The notes below the pieces were generated by a model that saw nothing but the letters and a program-made list of their open reading frames with translations, did not search any database and was not told the origin of the DNA. The translations under genes were made by a program, and so were the position numbers. From Squalus acanthias (lineage: Eukaryota): a stretch of DNA of 64,000 nucleotides. Shown here one piece after another: positions 50,631 through 63,160 of this stretch (positions within the stretch are counted from its first letter, which is position 1; every line of letters starts with the position of its first letter). The DNA lies in the NCBI GenBank assembly GCA_030390025.1, contig CM059431.1, positions 121,336,001 through 121,400,000 on the forward strand, written 5' to 3'.

Positions 50631-51019
50631 GTTACGGAATAATGTAAAAGTTTACCAATCAGTGTTTAATGCACAAGTATTTCTGATTGTACGTCACCTT
50701 CTTCTCTTCCTCCTCCTCCTCCTCTTTCTCCTTCCCTATCAAGGGTTGGGATTGTGTATCCTGGTCCTCTTGATCTGTTGCTCCTCTCTAGATGTGAAAT
50801 TGTGCAATGTGCAATACACAAATGATTTTGGAGATAGGACCACATTGTCCAAACAATGGAATCACTTTTAGCATGGAACTGGCATGTTCCACTAGAATAT
50901 CAGGTGGAGGTATGAGCTTCGTTGTATCTGCAGTTTGCATCAGATTGTGAGTTTCTCAAAGGGGTTTGTAGCTATGGTTGAAGTGGGTATACTTGGTTCC
51001 TAGCAGCCATCTATCCAAT

Positions 51020-51325
51020 CCTTCAAATATTCCCTCCACCACCGGCACACTGTGGCTGCAGTGTGTACCATCTACAAGATGCACTGCTGCAACTCGCCAA
51101 GGCTTCTTCGACAGCACCTCCCAAACCCACGACCTAGAAGGACAAGGGCAGCAGGCGCAAGGGAACAGCATCACCTCCAAGTTCCCCTCCAAGTCACACA
51201 GCATCCTGACTTGGAAATATATCGCTGTTCCTTCATAGTCGCTGGGTCAAAATCCTGGAACTCCCTCCCTAATAGCACTGTAGGAGTCCCTTCGCCACAC
51301 GGACTGCAGCGGTTCAAGAAGGCAA
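51020..51325 (+). mobile_element. CR1-group LINE fragment
   Basis: Reverse complement of 52130-52430 (AAVCTIYKMHC...KSWNSLP). Confidence 0.85.
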
Positions 51326-52026
51326 ACATTTAGCATTATTTATTGCAAAATTAAGACATCATAGGAACCCTGACAGCTGGTAGAAGTACTGTGCACACTC
51401 ATGCTACTGCCAACTTCCCATGTGAGGGAAGTGTTATCCCAGCAATTAAGGCTCCTGTCACTTGTCTGATGCATCGGTGATCAAACGACTGATTGATGTT
51501 GCAAATGTTTTCAGTAGTAGCTTGACAGGATCCAGTCGCATAGAAATTTAATGCTGTGGTTATTTCTCAGCCATGAGCAGAGTTCTGCTTGTGATGGAAC
51601 TTGTCTAGATGTCGTGTTTGAAAGGGCGATGCATCACAGTGACAGCCTACCTCATGAATTGAAAATTACAAAAGCAAGACTCTTCAGACATACGCAGGTA
51701 GGTGTGTCTAGGTCTAAACATGTGGCTCTTGGGTGAGAGTGAGTTGGCTGAGGCCTTCCTTCAACACAAACTGCTGTTGCTCCTCCAAATCTAGGAGTAT
51801 AGGAATGCCGAAAGGCATTTCCATGGTGGACATTCAGTCTTGTAATGGAAAATAAACTACGCAAAACATCAGTAGCTAGTTATGCACCATGGACAATACA
51901 GGCATAGTTATTCAAAAGAAAGACAAAACTTCCGATGTAACAAGAAACCGTCAAAGAGATATGTAAGAAGGAAACTCCCAAACACTAGAGTAGCAAATCC
52001 CAGCAGTGCTTGTTTTATATGGAGTA

Positions 52027-53725
52027 TTTTTTTTTACATTTGTTCCTGGGATGTGGGCATCGCTGGCAAGGCCAGCATTTATTACCCATCCTTAATTTCC
52101 CTTGAAAAGGTGGTGGTGAGCTGCCTTCTTGAACCGCTGCAGTCCGTGTGGTGAAGGTACTCCCACAGTGCTGTTAGGGAGGGAATTCCAGGATTTTGAC
52201 CCAGCGACGATGAAGGAACCGTGATATATTTCCAAGTCAGGATGGTGTGTGACTTGGAGGGGAACTTGGAGGTGATGGTGTTCCCATGCGCCTGCTGCTC
52301 TTGTCCTTCTAGGTGGTAGAGGTTGCGGGTTTGGGAGGTACTGTCAAAGAAGCGTTGGCGAGTTGCTGCAGTGCATCTTGTAGATGGTCCACACTGCAGC
52401 CATGGTGTGCCGGTGGTGGAGGGAGTGAATGTTTAAGGTGGTGGATGGGGTGCCAATCAAGCGGGCTGCTTTGTCCTGGATGGTGTCAAGCTTCTTGAGT
52501 GTTGTTGGAGCTGCACTCATCCAGGCAAGTGGAGAGTATTTCATCACACTCCTGACTTGTGCCTTGTAGATGGTGGAAAGTCTCTGGAGAGTCAGGAGGT
52601 GAGATACTCATCGCAGAATACCCAGCCTCTGACCTGCTTTTGTAGCCGCAGTATTTGTGTGTCTGGTCCAGTTAAGTTTCTGGTCAATGGTGACCCCAGA
52701 ATGTTGATGGTGGGAGATTTGGTGATGGTAATGCCATTGACTTTCAAGGGTTGGTGGTTAGAAGCTCTCTTGTAGGAGATAATCATTGCCTGGTACTTGT
52801 GTGTTGTGAATGTTACTTGCCCAAGCCTGAATGTCGTACAGGACTTGCTGCATGAGGACGTAGACTGCTTCATTATCTGAGGAGTTGTGAAAGGAACTGA
52901 ACACTGTGCAATCATCAGCGAACATCCCCACTTCTGACCTGGTGGCATAGTGGTTAGCACTGTTGCCTCACAGCGCCAGGACCCAGGTTCGAATCCGGCC
53001 ACGGGTGACTGTCTGTGTGGAGTTTGCACATTCTCCCCGTGTCTGCGTGGGTTTAATCCGGGTGCTCCGGTTTCCTCCCACAGTCCAAAGATGTGCGGGT
53101 TAGGTTGATTTGGCTATGATAAATTGACCCTTAGTGTTAGGGGGATTAAATACGTGGGGTTATGGGGATAGGGTGGGATATGTGTCGGTGCAGGCTCGAT
53201 GGGCCGAAATGGCCTCTATCTGCACTGTGGGGATTCTGTGATTCTGTGACCTTACGACCTTATGATGGAGGGAAGGTCATTGATGAAGCAGCTAAAGATG
53301 GTTGGGCCTAGGACACTGCCCTGAGGAACTCCTGCAGCGATGTTCTGGGGCTGAGATGATTGGCCTCCAACAACCACAACCATCTTCCTTTGTGCTAGGT
53401 ATGACTCCAGCCAATGGAGAGTCTTTCCCCCTGATTCCCATTGACTTCAAATTTACTACGGGCTCCTTGGTGCCACACTTGATCAAATGCTGCCTTGATC
53501 TCAAGGGCAGTCACTCTCACCTCACCTCTGAAATTCAGCTGTTTTGTCCATGTTTGGACCAAGACTGTAATGGGCTCTGGAGCCAAGTGGTCCTGGCGGA
53601 ACCCAAACTGAGCATCAGTGAGCAGGTTATTGGTGAGTAAGTGTTGCTTGATAGCACTGTCGACAACACCTTCCATCACTTTGAGAGTAGACTAATGGGG
53701 CGGTAATTGGCCAGATTGGATTTGT
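52027..53725 (-). mobile_element. CR1-group (CR1/L2/Crack-like) LINE RT region and 3' end, interrupted by a SINE
   Basis: Minus strand [27 protein letters not shown]...DIKAAFDQVWH-like and YSPLAWMSAAPTTLKKLDTIQ; polyA end. Confidence 0.9.
52941..53246 (+). mobile_element. HE1-like V-SINE
   Basis: tRNA head (TGGCATAGTGG, GGTTCGAATCC), V-domain GTGTGGAGTTTGCACATTCTCCCCGTGTCTGCGTGGGTT, CR1-like tail; TGACCT duplication. Confidence 0.9.
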
Positions 53726-54267
53726 TCTGTTTGAGCAAGAAGGTTTTAAAAAAAATCAGTGGGAGCAATTTACGCAAGATTAACTTCAATTAAGAGGTGA
53801 CTTCAATGGAAATAAAGATTGGGAGAGATGTAAAATGGGCTGCCAATTCACTATCACCTGGTGTACACTATCACACAAAATCAAAATTATCCTCACAGAG
53901 TGCACTGTCAGTGAGTTAGCCCTTGTGTACTTTTGATACATGTTGTCTGACAACTTAATTTACACTTATTGAGTTAGTAAATTTTTAAGTAACATCAGTA
54001 AGTTGGCATGCTTTTTGAGACTAGTCCATTAGGATTGTAAGCAACACCAATTTTGTATTTATTTTCCATGAAATATGTCGTTGTATTTTGTTTCGCTAAG
54101 GCGCTCTAGCAGAAAGGCAATGTTCAAAATAGTTGTGATGCTGATGTTCTGATATGCTGTGTTTGTGTTGGAACTGTATTTGCTTCTCTTTAGCTTTTCA
54201 AAATAATTATTATGAATAATGTTGATGAAGGTTATTAATTTCTGGTTGTCCAAGAGATAGTGCAAAT

Positions 54268-57200
54268 GGGCAAGAAATTTGGTTCCGCAGCGCCCGATTT
54301 TTTGGTGCTGGGGTGCCGTTTCGTGACAAAAATTGCGTCTGTGCCATGCGCACACACATCTGGTGTGTGTCATGCCAGAGGCCATCTTGGTGGGGGCAGT
54401 AGGCTGGGCGTTAGGAGTGGGCGCCGGAGGTATGCTGAGTAGGCAGATCGTGACGTCCATCAGCGTGCGATGCTGATTTGACGCCAGCACTGCCATTTTC
54501 AACCTAAATGCTGGAGCTAACACCCTGTCATAACCTCGCATGGCTGAACATGCATTTATCAGCAGCAATGACCACCCCTACCAGCGATATTTAAAGAGAT
54601 TAGCAACCACTCTAAGGTCAGTTACCGATTAATTTCTACTGGCTCTGTCTAAGTTTGTGGAACAGTTTGGAGCTTTCCAGAGTTGTTTAAAGTTGGCGAG
54701 GTGACAGGGGGTGGTGCTGCTAGTAGAGAAGGCCTTGGTTCTGACTTCAAGGGTTCTGGTCAGGCCACTTGCTCCCAGTCATGGGTGTTCTTGTTGTTAT
54801 TTTTTCGTATGAAGAGAAAAGCTTATAATGAGATGTCTAGTTTGGCTAGCCATTCAATGGCAGCGGGTGTACAATGAGCGGAATCTGTTAGCGCAGACCA
54901 TTGGCGTCCTTAAACAATGCTTCCACTGCCTAGACTGCTCTGGAGGAGCCCTGCAGTACTCACCAGAGCACATCTCAAGAATCATCATGGTCTGCTGCAT
55001 GCCATCATGAGGGCACAGCCCTTGCCACCAGGCATACGACGACCTGCTGCGGAGGAGGAGCAGATGGAGGAGGAGAAAGCGGAAGAGGAGGAAGCAGAAG
55101 GGAGGAGGCAACCCAGATAACCCCATTCTGCCCGGACTGTCCGTGATCATCTCATCCAGCTGCGATACCAGTGAACACAACCCCAATTCTCCGTTCAACA
55201 ATAGTCCAACACCTTACCTTCCCTCTGTTATTGACCATCACAGTGTCCTCTTGGCCACAGTGCTGAAATAAAAGCCACCATGAAAGAAACATTCCAATCC
55301 AACTTTATACACCAATCCATTCAATATTACATAACAAAGTCAACTAATCACCCTTGTGCATTCCTTTAGTACCTGTCTTCAGTGAACCTTTGCCTGTGGC
55401 TGCAGCATGGCTGGTGGAAGGCTGCTGACATTCAGTGGGGGAGACTGCATATGGCATTGCAATACCACTTCGAGCAGCTCTGGGCCTAGAAGGCCCGGCT
55501 GCAGACTGCTCCACCTTGGCATGGGCAGCAGTCTGGGCAGGCTGGCTGACAGGCAACAGCAAGGGCACTGGCGGAGTGGCAGTGGTGGGAGGACGAATGC
55601 TGTCATCCTGAGAGAGGTTTGTGTTCCACGGAGCCACTGTCACTCCCCTGGGTGGCTTCTGCCTGTGCTACAATGGAAGCTGAGACATCAGCCATCTGCC
55701 TCTGTATCATGATTGGGTCCACAAGTGCGCTAATGGAATCGCCCATCACTGCCATGCTGGAAATCATGGGCTCCAAGCTTTGTGCAAAGCCTTTTGCAAA
55801 GTTACTGCCAGACTCCTCCATGCTCCTTGACATTGCATTCAAGCTTTCTGGCAGGCCTGTCAATGCGGCAAGCATTTCCTTGTACATACCCATCAGCATT
55901 CTTCTGTAGGCTGCCCCATCGAAATCCTCATCGGAGTCCTCTGCAGCAGAACTCATGTGCAACCTTGCCCTCCGGGGAGCTGGCACCTGCTCTACCCTTT
56001 CCTCCTGCCCTGGCTGCAGCCCACTCATGCCCGATGACTCACCACGTGCAGATCCTGCCTCTAAGCTACCCTTTAAACTACGCGCAGTGCCAGTATCTGA
56101 GCTGGTGGCTGCGAGTGTCAGATTCTTCATCATCACTCTCCTCTCCCTCTTCTTCTTGCACCAACTGCCTGGCCAGGTTGGATTTCTTGGGTCTCTTAAA
56201 CGAGAAAGGCACAAGGGTAGGGTTGTGATGAGGGGAGGCGGGGTGGGGGGGGGCGGAGCAAGAGGTGCATGCTTACACCATGTGCAGCTTGTAAATCAGA
56301 GGAGATTGTTGGATGAGGGGGAAGTGGGATGTGAGAAGAAGGATTACCTATGAGGATACTGGCATCTTGTATTCTTTCAGCCCCACCACTGGCCACAAAC
56401 TCAGCGATGCCCCTCCCAACAATGGCCAGCACCGTCTCCTCCATGGGAGTCGGGTTATGCAGGCGCGCCTGTCCCCTGCTGGTTAGGTCCTGCTGGCGCT
56501 GGTTGTGAGCCACCTTTTCCTGCAAGAGAAAGAGAAATGTGTCAGTGAGTGTGGTTCAATGTGTTTGGGTGATATGCCTGCCATGGTTGAATAACTGACA
56601 GTGTGTGCAAGCTGTGAGATGTGGGTGTGAGGCTTGCAGCAGTGGTAAGTGTGTGGAGGTGAGGTGAAGCTATAAATGTGAGGTATGAGTCGTGTTTGGT
56701 AGAGATTGTTGGTAATGAGTGATGGGGTTGTGGTGCATTGAGCAATGTGTGATGTTAATGGTGCAGATGGTGGGATATGGCCTTGAAGGTGAATTCACTG
56801 ACCTTGATCACTCGTGTTAGGTCATTAAACGGTGTCCAGGTTCTTAGGATTAAACTGCTGGCATTCACCACAGCGGCTATCTGTTCCCATTAGACTTTAC
56901 ACATTTGCCTGGAGGGCCTCCTAGCCCCCTGTGAAAATAGCCCCTCTCTCCTCGAGTTGAGCTCCTGCGCCAAGGTCTCCAGTGCTGCATCGGAGAACCT
57001 TGGCACCGCTCTCTCCCCTGTTGTGACATCATTGTTGTTTTTACCTCCTCTCACTCTCTTCCCCAGACAGTTCAATGAACTGCTGCAAGCAGAATGCACC
57101 TCCCCTTTAAGAGGTGCAGACTGCCTTTCAGAAGTGGAGGTTAGCTTTGATTGGTGCTAGCCTTGCACGAACTTGGGCCCCCTGCTGAGCGTTCAGCCAC

Positions 57201-57357
57201 TCTGCAGCATATTCCACACTGGGCTGAACGCCACAATCACGCTAATCAGCAGACAGCATGAAGTTAGCGTGTTTCCTGCATTCCTTTGAACGGGCGCAGG
57301 GTGACTGTGCATTGCGGTACCCAATCCCATTTTCAAGGGCAAATAAATTTCTAGGCC
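54268..57357. mobile_element. Internally deleted Harbinger (transposase C-terminus on +, 3-exon Myb/SANT gene on -)
   Basis: TIRs GGGCAAGAAATTT / AAATTTCTAGGCC; QTIGVLKQCFHCLDCSGGALQYSPE; AVPRFSDAALETL; donor at 56802, acceptor at 56520. Confidence 0.88.
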
Positions 57358-58059
57358 AGTGTCTGTTATTTTAACTGTTTCCCTAGATAGTTGTCAATAT
57401 GTTGAGCACATTATGTTCAATAATTTATTGGAATAAATCCACTTATCCAATAAAAAGACAGTTTAAAAAGAAATAAAACCTAATATTTCACAGTGGCATT
57501 GCATCAGCGAGTCCAGCAAAGATTAGTTGCAAAATGTCCCTTTTCAAATTGAAGTGTAAGTATGTTACAGAGTGAACAGAGAGTCTGTATACAAGTGATG
57601 GATTTAATTTCCTCTTTGTCTCTTTAAATAGCAATGCTATTCATATCATAGCTTGGCAGAAAGTTAATGTAAATGAGTAACTGTATGACAAATAATTAAT
57701 ATTTAGAACTCTATAATCAAGTATGTACAGAGATAAAAGGCTATCATTTCTTTTGATCAGCTATCTTTTTCCAGCAATTTTTCATCCCAGTTCCATAGCT
57801 CATGCTGGGGTCACCTACTGAGGCACTGGGACAGAACTAACTTCATCATTTTGGCAGCAACTACACAGCTAGCAGAAAGTCTACTTTGTCAGAGTTGAAT
57901 AACACATTTTACATGTTGATGTCCTTTGTTTTGAAGGCATTATATCTGAGAATGACCATCACTGCTGAGAATGACCATCCTCTGAGTCAAATTCAGATAA
58001 GGTAGTGCAATAATAGTTTCGACTGAGGCTGTAAAGGCAGTTGCTTTTTTCCACTGAAT

Positions 58060-58607
58060 CAACAACAACAACAACTTGTATTTATATAGCACCTTTAACG
58101 TAGTAAAATGTCCCAAGGTGTTTCACAGGAGTGTTATAAGACAAAAAATTTGACACCAAGCCACATAAGCTTGGTCAAAGAGGTAGGTTTTAAGGAGCAT
58201 CTTAAAGGAGGAAAGAGAGGTTTAGGCAGGGAATTCCAGATCTTAGGGCCTAGGCAACAGAAGGCACGGCCACCAATGGTTGAGCGATTATAATCAGGGA
58301 TGCTCAAGAGGGCAGAATTAGAGGAGCGCAGATATTTCAGGGGGTTGTGGGGCTGAAGGAGATTACAGAGATAGGGAGGGGCGAGGCCCTGGAGGGATTT
58401 GAAAACAAGGATAAGAATTTTGAAATCAAGGCGTTGCTTAACTGGGAGCCAATGTAGGTCAACGAGCACAGGGGTGATGGGCGAACGGGACTTGGTGCGA
58501 GTTAGGACATGGGCAGTCAAGTTTACGTAGGGTAGAATGTGGGAGGCCAGCCAGGAATGTGTTGGAGTAGTCAAATCTAGAGGTAACAAAGGCATGGGTG
58601 AGGGTTG
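58060..58607 (-). mobile_element. L2 LINE 3' end
   Basis: SPITPVLVDLHWLPVKQRLDFKIL...LAPPYL; (TTG)n tail. Confidence 0.9.
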
Positions 58608-58861
58608 ATAGGAATCAGGAGAATTCTCAGGAAAGGCTGTAATGACAGCAGTTGGAGTCTGAAAGCCAAGAGTGTTTTCTGGAGAATCTTTCAGAGCAGC
58701 AGACTCAGCAGAATGAGAAAAGTTACATGCAGAAGAAAAAAGGAATGGCACCATTAGAAAAACCTGTTGGAGTAGACTTTGGAGAGGTAGTGGCCGTGAC
58801 ATTATCACTATTGGTAATCAGGAGAGTGCTGGCGTAACAGTGGGGCTTGGTTTTAATTACT

Positions 58862-58996
58862 TTCTGATGAAAGGTCATCGACCTGAAACATTAACTCTGT
58901 TTCTCTCTCCACACATGCTGCATGACCGGCTGAGTGTTTTCCAGCATATTCTGTTTTTGCTTCAGATTTCCAGCACCTACAGTATTTTGCTTTTGA
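58862..58996 (+). mobile_element. Penelope-like pLTR fragment with a hammerhead core (58864-58889)
   Basis: CTGATGA-a-AGGTC-ATC-GACCT-GAAAC; same family as 8983-9185. Confidence 0.7.
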
Positions 58997-59839
58997 CTTA
59001 CTTGAATGTGTCTGCTTGGCTCAGTTGGTAGTGTGTTTGTCTTTGAGTCAAAAGATTGTAGGTTTATTTGAGCAGGGTAGTAAAGTACTTAGGCTATTGG
59101 TAGAGGTGCTGGCTTTGACATTCCTGGGGCCGCTCTCTGTTAATGCAAATGCGGTGTTGTGGAGACTTTGCCTGCCCTTGTCCATCCCAGGCTAAATGAA
59201 AAAAAGGTAAGGAGCTCCAAGGGGTGCCATTCACCATTTGAAATAAGGTAATCGATCTCCTCTGGGACCAATTACCTTTCTGTTGGGAGCTTCTAGGAAC
59301 ATTACAGGTATTACAGCGGTATTCATGCCAACTCTCAGCGGGTGTGAGTTCCACTGAGGCCTAAGGAGGGCATAAAGGATGGAATTTCCCAGGGAAGCCT
59401 GGGAACTGTTCCAGCCACGCCCCCTTGAGGTTACAGGGCAGGTGGAAGAGGATGTGATTTGGCGGTATAAAAATCTAAGGGGGAGAAATTCGGTATCGCC
59501 CCGTTTGGGGCGCAATTATTGGCTAGGCGCAAAGTTTAGCGCCTGGTGTTGATGATCGCCTCCGACTGCCAACTTGGCTTCTATCGCCCCTGGAGGTGAT
59601 TGGAGCGCTAAATCAGGTGCTACACACCTGTCTTAAGGCGCAAAGGCTGAGGAGCGAGGCGCTAACTCAGAGCGCGGGCGAAGCTCAGGTGATGTCAGTT
59701 AGCGATGGAACACAGACACACTGGCGCCGGCCAGTTCTTAAAGGGGAGGGGCGATCTTGCTCTCCAGCCACACCCTGCTCATTGGAGCCTTGAATCTCGG
59801 CCTGGACAGACCTCAACCTCAAAGCTGCTGCAAAGGACT

Positions 59840-61867
59840 ATGGAGAGGGCCAGGGAACGAGCTCAGCGCTTCAGCGACCGGGCCTTGGTGGCTCTGGTTG
59901 GCTCAGTGAAGCACCGAAGAGCAATACTGTACCCAGAGAGTGGCAGGAGGCCATTCCCACGCCACTATAGAAAAGTGTGGAGGGAGGTGGCTCAGCACGT
60001 CTCCTCCAGGAGCATGGTGCCCAGGACCCATACGTAATGTTGGAAAAAGTTCAATGACCTCACTCGGGTGGTCAGGGTGAGTGGCTGCTTTTCAATAACT
60101 CTCTTAATCCCTCCATCTCAACCTCACTCTATGCCCAGAGGGTGTAAAAATCCCAATACCCAACACTCATCGAAGACCTATGGCCATCTCATAAAACACA
60201 CACGCACATTCCACACCTTGCATACATTAAGGGCTGTTCAACTATGGGAGGAACATCAGGCAAGCACATGGCTGCATACATTAAGGGCTATTCAACTATG
60301 GGAGGCACACCAGGCAAGCACATGGCTGTATATTTACTCAGACGCCATCCTTTTTCTTGCAGGCCAGGCTATCTCACAATAGGAGGCAGCAGCAACAGAC
60401 GGGTGGAGGGCCGCCTCAGCTGCAAACCCTCAGCGATCTGGAGGCCCACGTCCACAAGATCGTCGCAAGCCAGGTGATAGGTCCTGTCGCCGCTGGAGAG
60501 GTCGACGCCCTTCGGGACAGCAATGGTAAGGTCATCAGCTTTCTCTCCTCTCTCATTCCACTTGTCCCTCACAACACCAGCCTTTTACACTTTCAATCCA
60601 ACTTACTAACTCTCTCCAGTCCTTGCTCCCTTACTGCCCCCCTGTCCTGACGCTAAAGCCACCCTTGTACCTCCCTGCTTTCAGATGGTGAACCACCAGC
60701 TGAAGAGACGGGCCCTCAAGCAGCCAGTGTGAGCGACACCACAGGCGAGGAGGAAGAGGAAGCCGGAGCCTCAACGCCAACGTCTCCCGAGGGAGCCCAT
60801 GCCCACACTGGGACCACGCCTTCCCTGGAGGGGAGCAGGGGGGAAGGGTCTGATGAGGATGAAGCTCCGGGACCCAGCGGGCTGCAGCAACGCCATGGGG
60901 GTAGGGAAGCTCGGGGGCCTTCTCCCCGGAGGGAGAGTAGGCCAGTGAGTCCTGCTGCCCTGGATGCAGAGTAGGAGCGGCTCATCGCTGAAATGAACAC
61001 CCAGGCGGTGAACATGCACACTCAGCTCATGAGTGCAATGGGAAGGGTGCCCGAAAGCATTGATGCAGTGGCAAGGAGTGTGGAGCACTCCGCTGCAGCA
61101 CAGGCCGACGCAACGCAACTGCTTAGTGCTGCAATTCAGTCACTGGCTGCCGTGATCCAATCTCAGACTGCTCTCATGCAGTCTCAGATTGAGGCAACGC
61201 AAGCACTGCCTGCTGCCATTGTCGCTGGTTCAGCCACATTGCCCCGGGGCTCTCATGGCACCACAACAGGCCAGTAATCTATGGTCCAGCAGATTGCTCC
61301 GGATGCTGAGGTGCTGCCCCATGGGAGTGCCAGTGTGTCGGTCGAGCAGGGAGGTGCTGTCCTCTCTCAGGACGACAGCATTCCTGCTCCCACCACTGTC
61401 ACTTCACAGAATCCCCACAATGCAGATAGAGGCCATTTCGGCCCATCGAGCCTGCACCAACACATATCCCACCCTATCCCCGTAACCCCATGTATTTAAT
61501 CCCCCTAACACTAAGGGTCAATTTATCATAGCCAAATCAACCTAACCCGCACGTCTTTGGACTGTGGGAGGAAACCGGAGCAAACCCGGATTAAACCCAC
61601 GCAGACACGGGGAGAATGTGCAAACTCCACACAGACAGTCACCCGAGGCCGGATTCGAACCCGGGTCCCTGGCGCTGTGAGGCAACAGTGCTAACCACTA
61701 TGCCACCGTGTCACCATTTCACTTCCCCATTGCACTTGCCACCGCCTGTAACCCAGCCAGCCCAGACTGCTGCCGCCCATGCAGAGTTGGTGCAGTCTGC
61801 AGCCGGGGCCTCCAGGCCCAGAGCTGGTCGAGGGTGTCCTTCAAGGGCATCTGCACTGTTTGTAAAA
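59840..61867 (+). pseudogene. Harbinger Myb/SANT-like DNA-binding protein, 3 exons (59840-60076, 60363-60525, 60685 to about 61867)
   Basis: MERARERAQRFSDRAL...VWREVAQHVSS...*CWKKFNDL; GT-AG introns in compatible phases 0 and 1; stops at 60035, 60972 and 61275, plus a SINE insertion. Confidence 0.82.
61403..61708 (-). mobile_element. HE1-like V-SINE inserted in the Harbinger Myb gene
   Basis: Near-identical reverse complement of 52941-53246; TGTCAC duplication. Confidence 0.9.
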
Positions 61868-61931
61868 TAAAAAAGTTGTTGTATTCAAAATGTACATGTT
61901 TGGCCTTTGGAATCATTGCTGCCTTGGCCGG

Positions 61932-63160
61932 CTATAGGGGTTGTGGGTTGCTTTCCATCATGTTGTTCTCCATGCCAGAAGCCATCTTCTGAGTAGGGGC
62001 CCAGAAGCGGCTTGTTATCAGCCATTGACGGACGGCCCTTGCAGTTTCAACATTGTGGGCCTCCCTCCCGCCTTGGTGCTGATGCTGATCATCCTCCTCA
62101 TCCTCCTCCTCTTCCTCCTCCTCCTCCTCAGGTGGTGCACCAATCCCTGGTGACATTGGCTGGGTCCTGAGGATTGCAAGGTTATGAAGCATGCAGCACA
62201 CAACTATGAAGAGGGAGACTCACTCAGGAGAGTACTGCAGGGCTCCTCCTGAGTGGTCCAGACAGTGGAACCATTGCTTGAGCACGCTGATCGTCTGCTC
62301 AATGATGTTCCTGGTGGCGAGATGGCTCTCATTGTACCACAGCTCAGCAGGGGTGTTGGGGTTACAGTGTGGTGTCATCAGCCAGGTGCAGAGTGGGTAA
62401 CCCTTGTCCCCGAGGAGCCAACCACTTGGCTGATGCGGTGCCTGGAAAAGGTCTGGCACAGCAGTCTGGCGCAGGATGAAAGCAGCGTGGCTGCTGCCAG
62501 GATAGCAGGCATTGTCGGCGAGTATCAGCTGTCTGTGGTCACAGACCAACTGGACATTTAAGGAGTGGAACCCCTTGCGGTTTTGGAAAACCTCTGCATT
62601 CTCATGCGGTACCCGCAATGCCACAAACGTGTAGTCAATGGCGCCCTGCACCATGGGGAAGCCCGCTATCCTTGCAAAGTCAAATGCGCGTTCATGCTGT
62701 TTGGCCCGGATCATCGAGAAAGAGATGTACTGGCGGCTCCTTTTATACAGGGCATTTGTCACCTCCCGGATACAGCAATGGACCGCAAACTGGGAGATAT
62801 TGACAATGTCCCCAGTAGCTGCTTGAAAGGAGCCGGTGGCATAAAAATTCAGAGCCACTGTGACCTTCACTGCCACCGACAGAGACGCCCTGGTCCTCAG
62901 TTGAGGCTGCAGATCTAGTTGCAGCAGTTGGCAGAGCTCAGTGACCACCTCCTTGCTGAAGCACAGCCTACGCAAACACTGCTCCTCAGACAAATGAATG
63001 TAGGAGAATTGTTCCTGGAATACCCTGGGATGGTAAGGTCTACTGTGCAGAGGCCCACTGGCCCTCCTTCCTCTGTCCATGATTGCCAATCTCTCTCTGC
63101 GTCTCTGATGCCTCTGATTCTGCAGGCGCAGGACCATGCCCCGAATCAGTGCAGCCCCCA
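61932..63160 (-). pseudogene. Harbinger (HARBI1-like) DDE transposase with one premature stop at 62220-62222
   Basis: GFPMVQGAID, NRKGFHSLNVQLVCD, WLLGDKGYP, RNIIEQTISVLK, CCMLHNL; ORFs 62220-63230 and 61932-62201 are in the same frame. Confidence 0.9.

Noticed and set aside
52941..53005. tRNA gene
   Set aside because: It is the tRNA-derived head of a V-SINE; the same applies to about 61645-61708.
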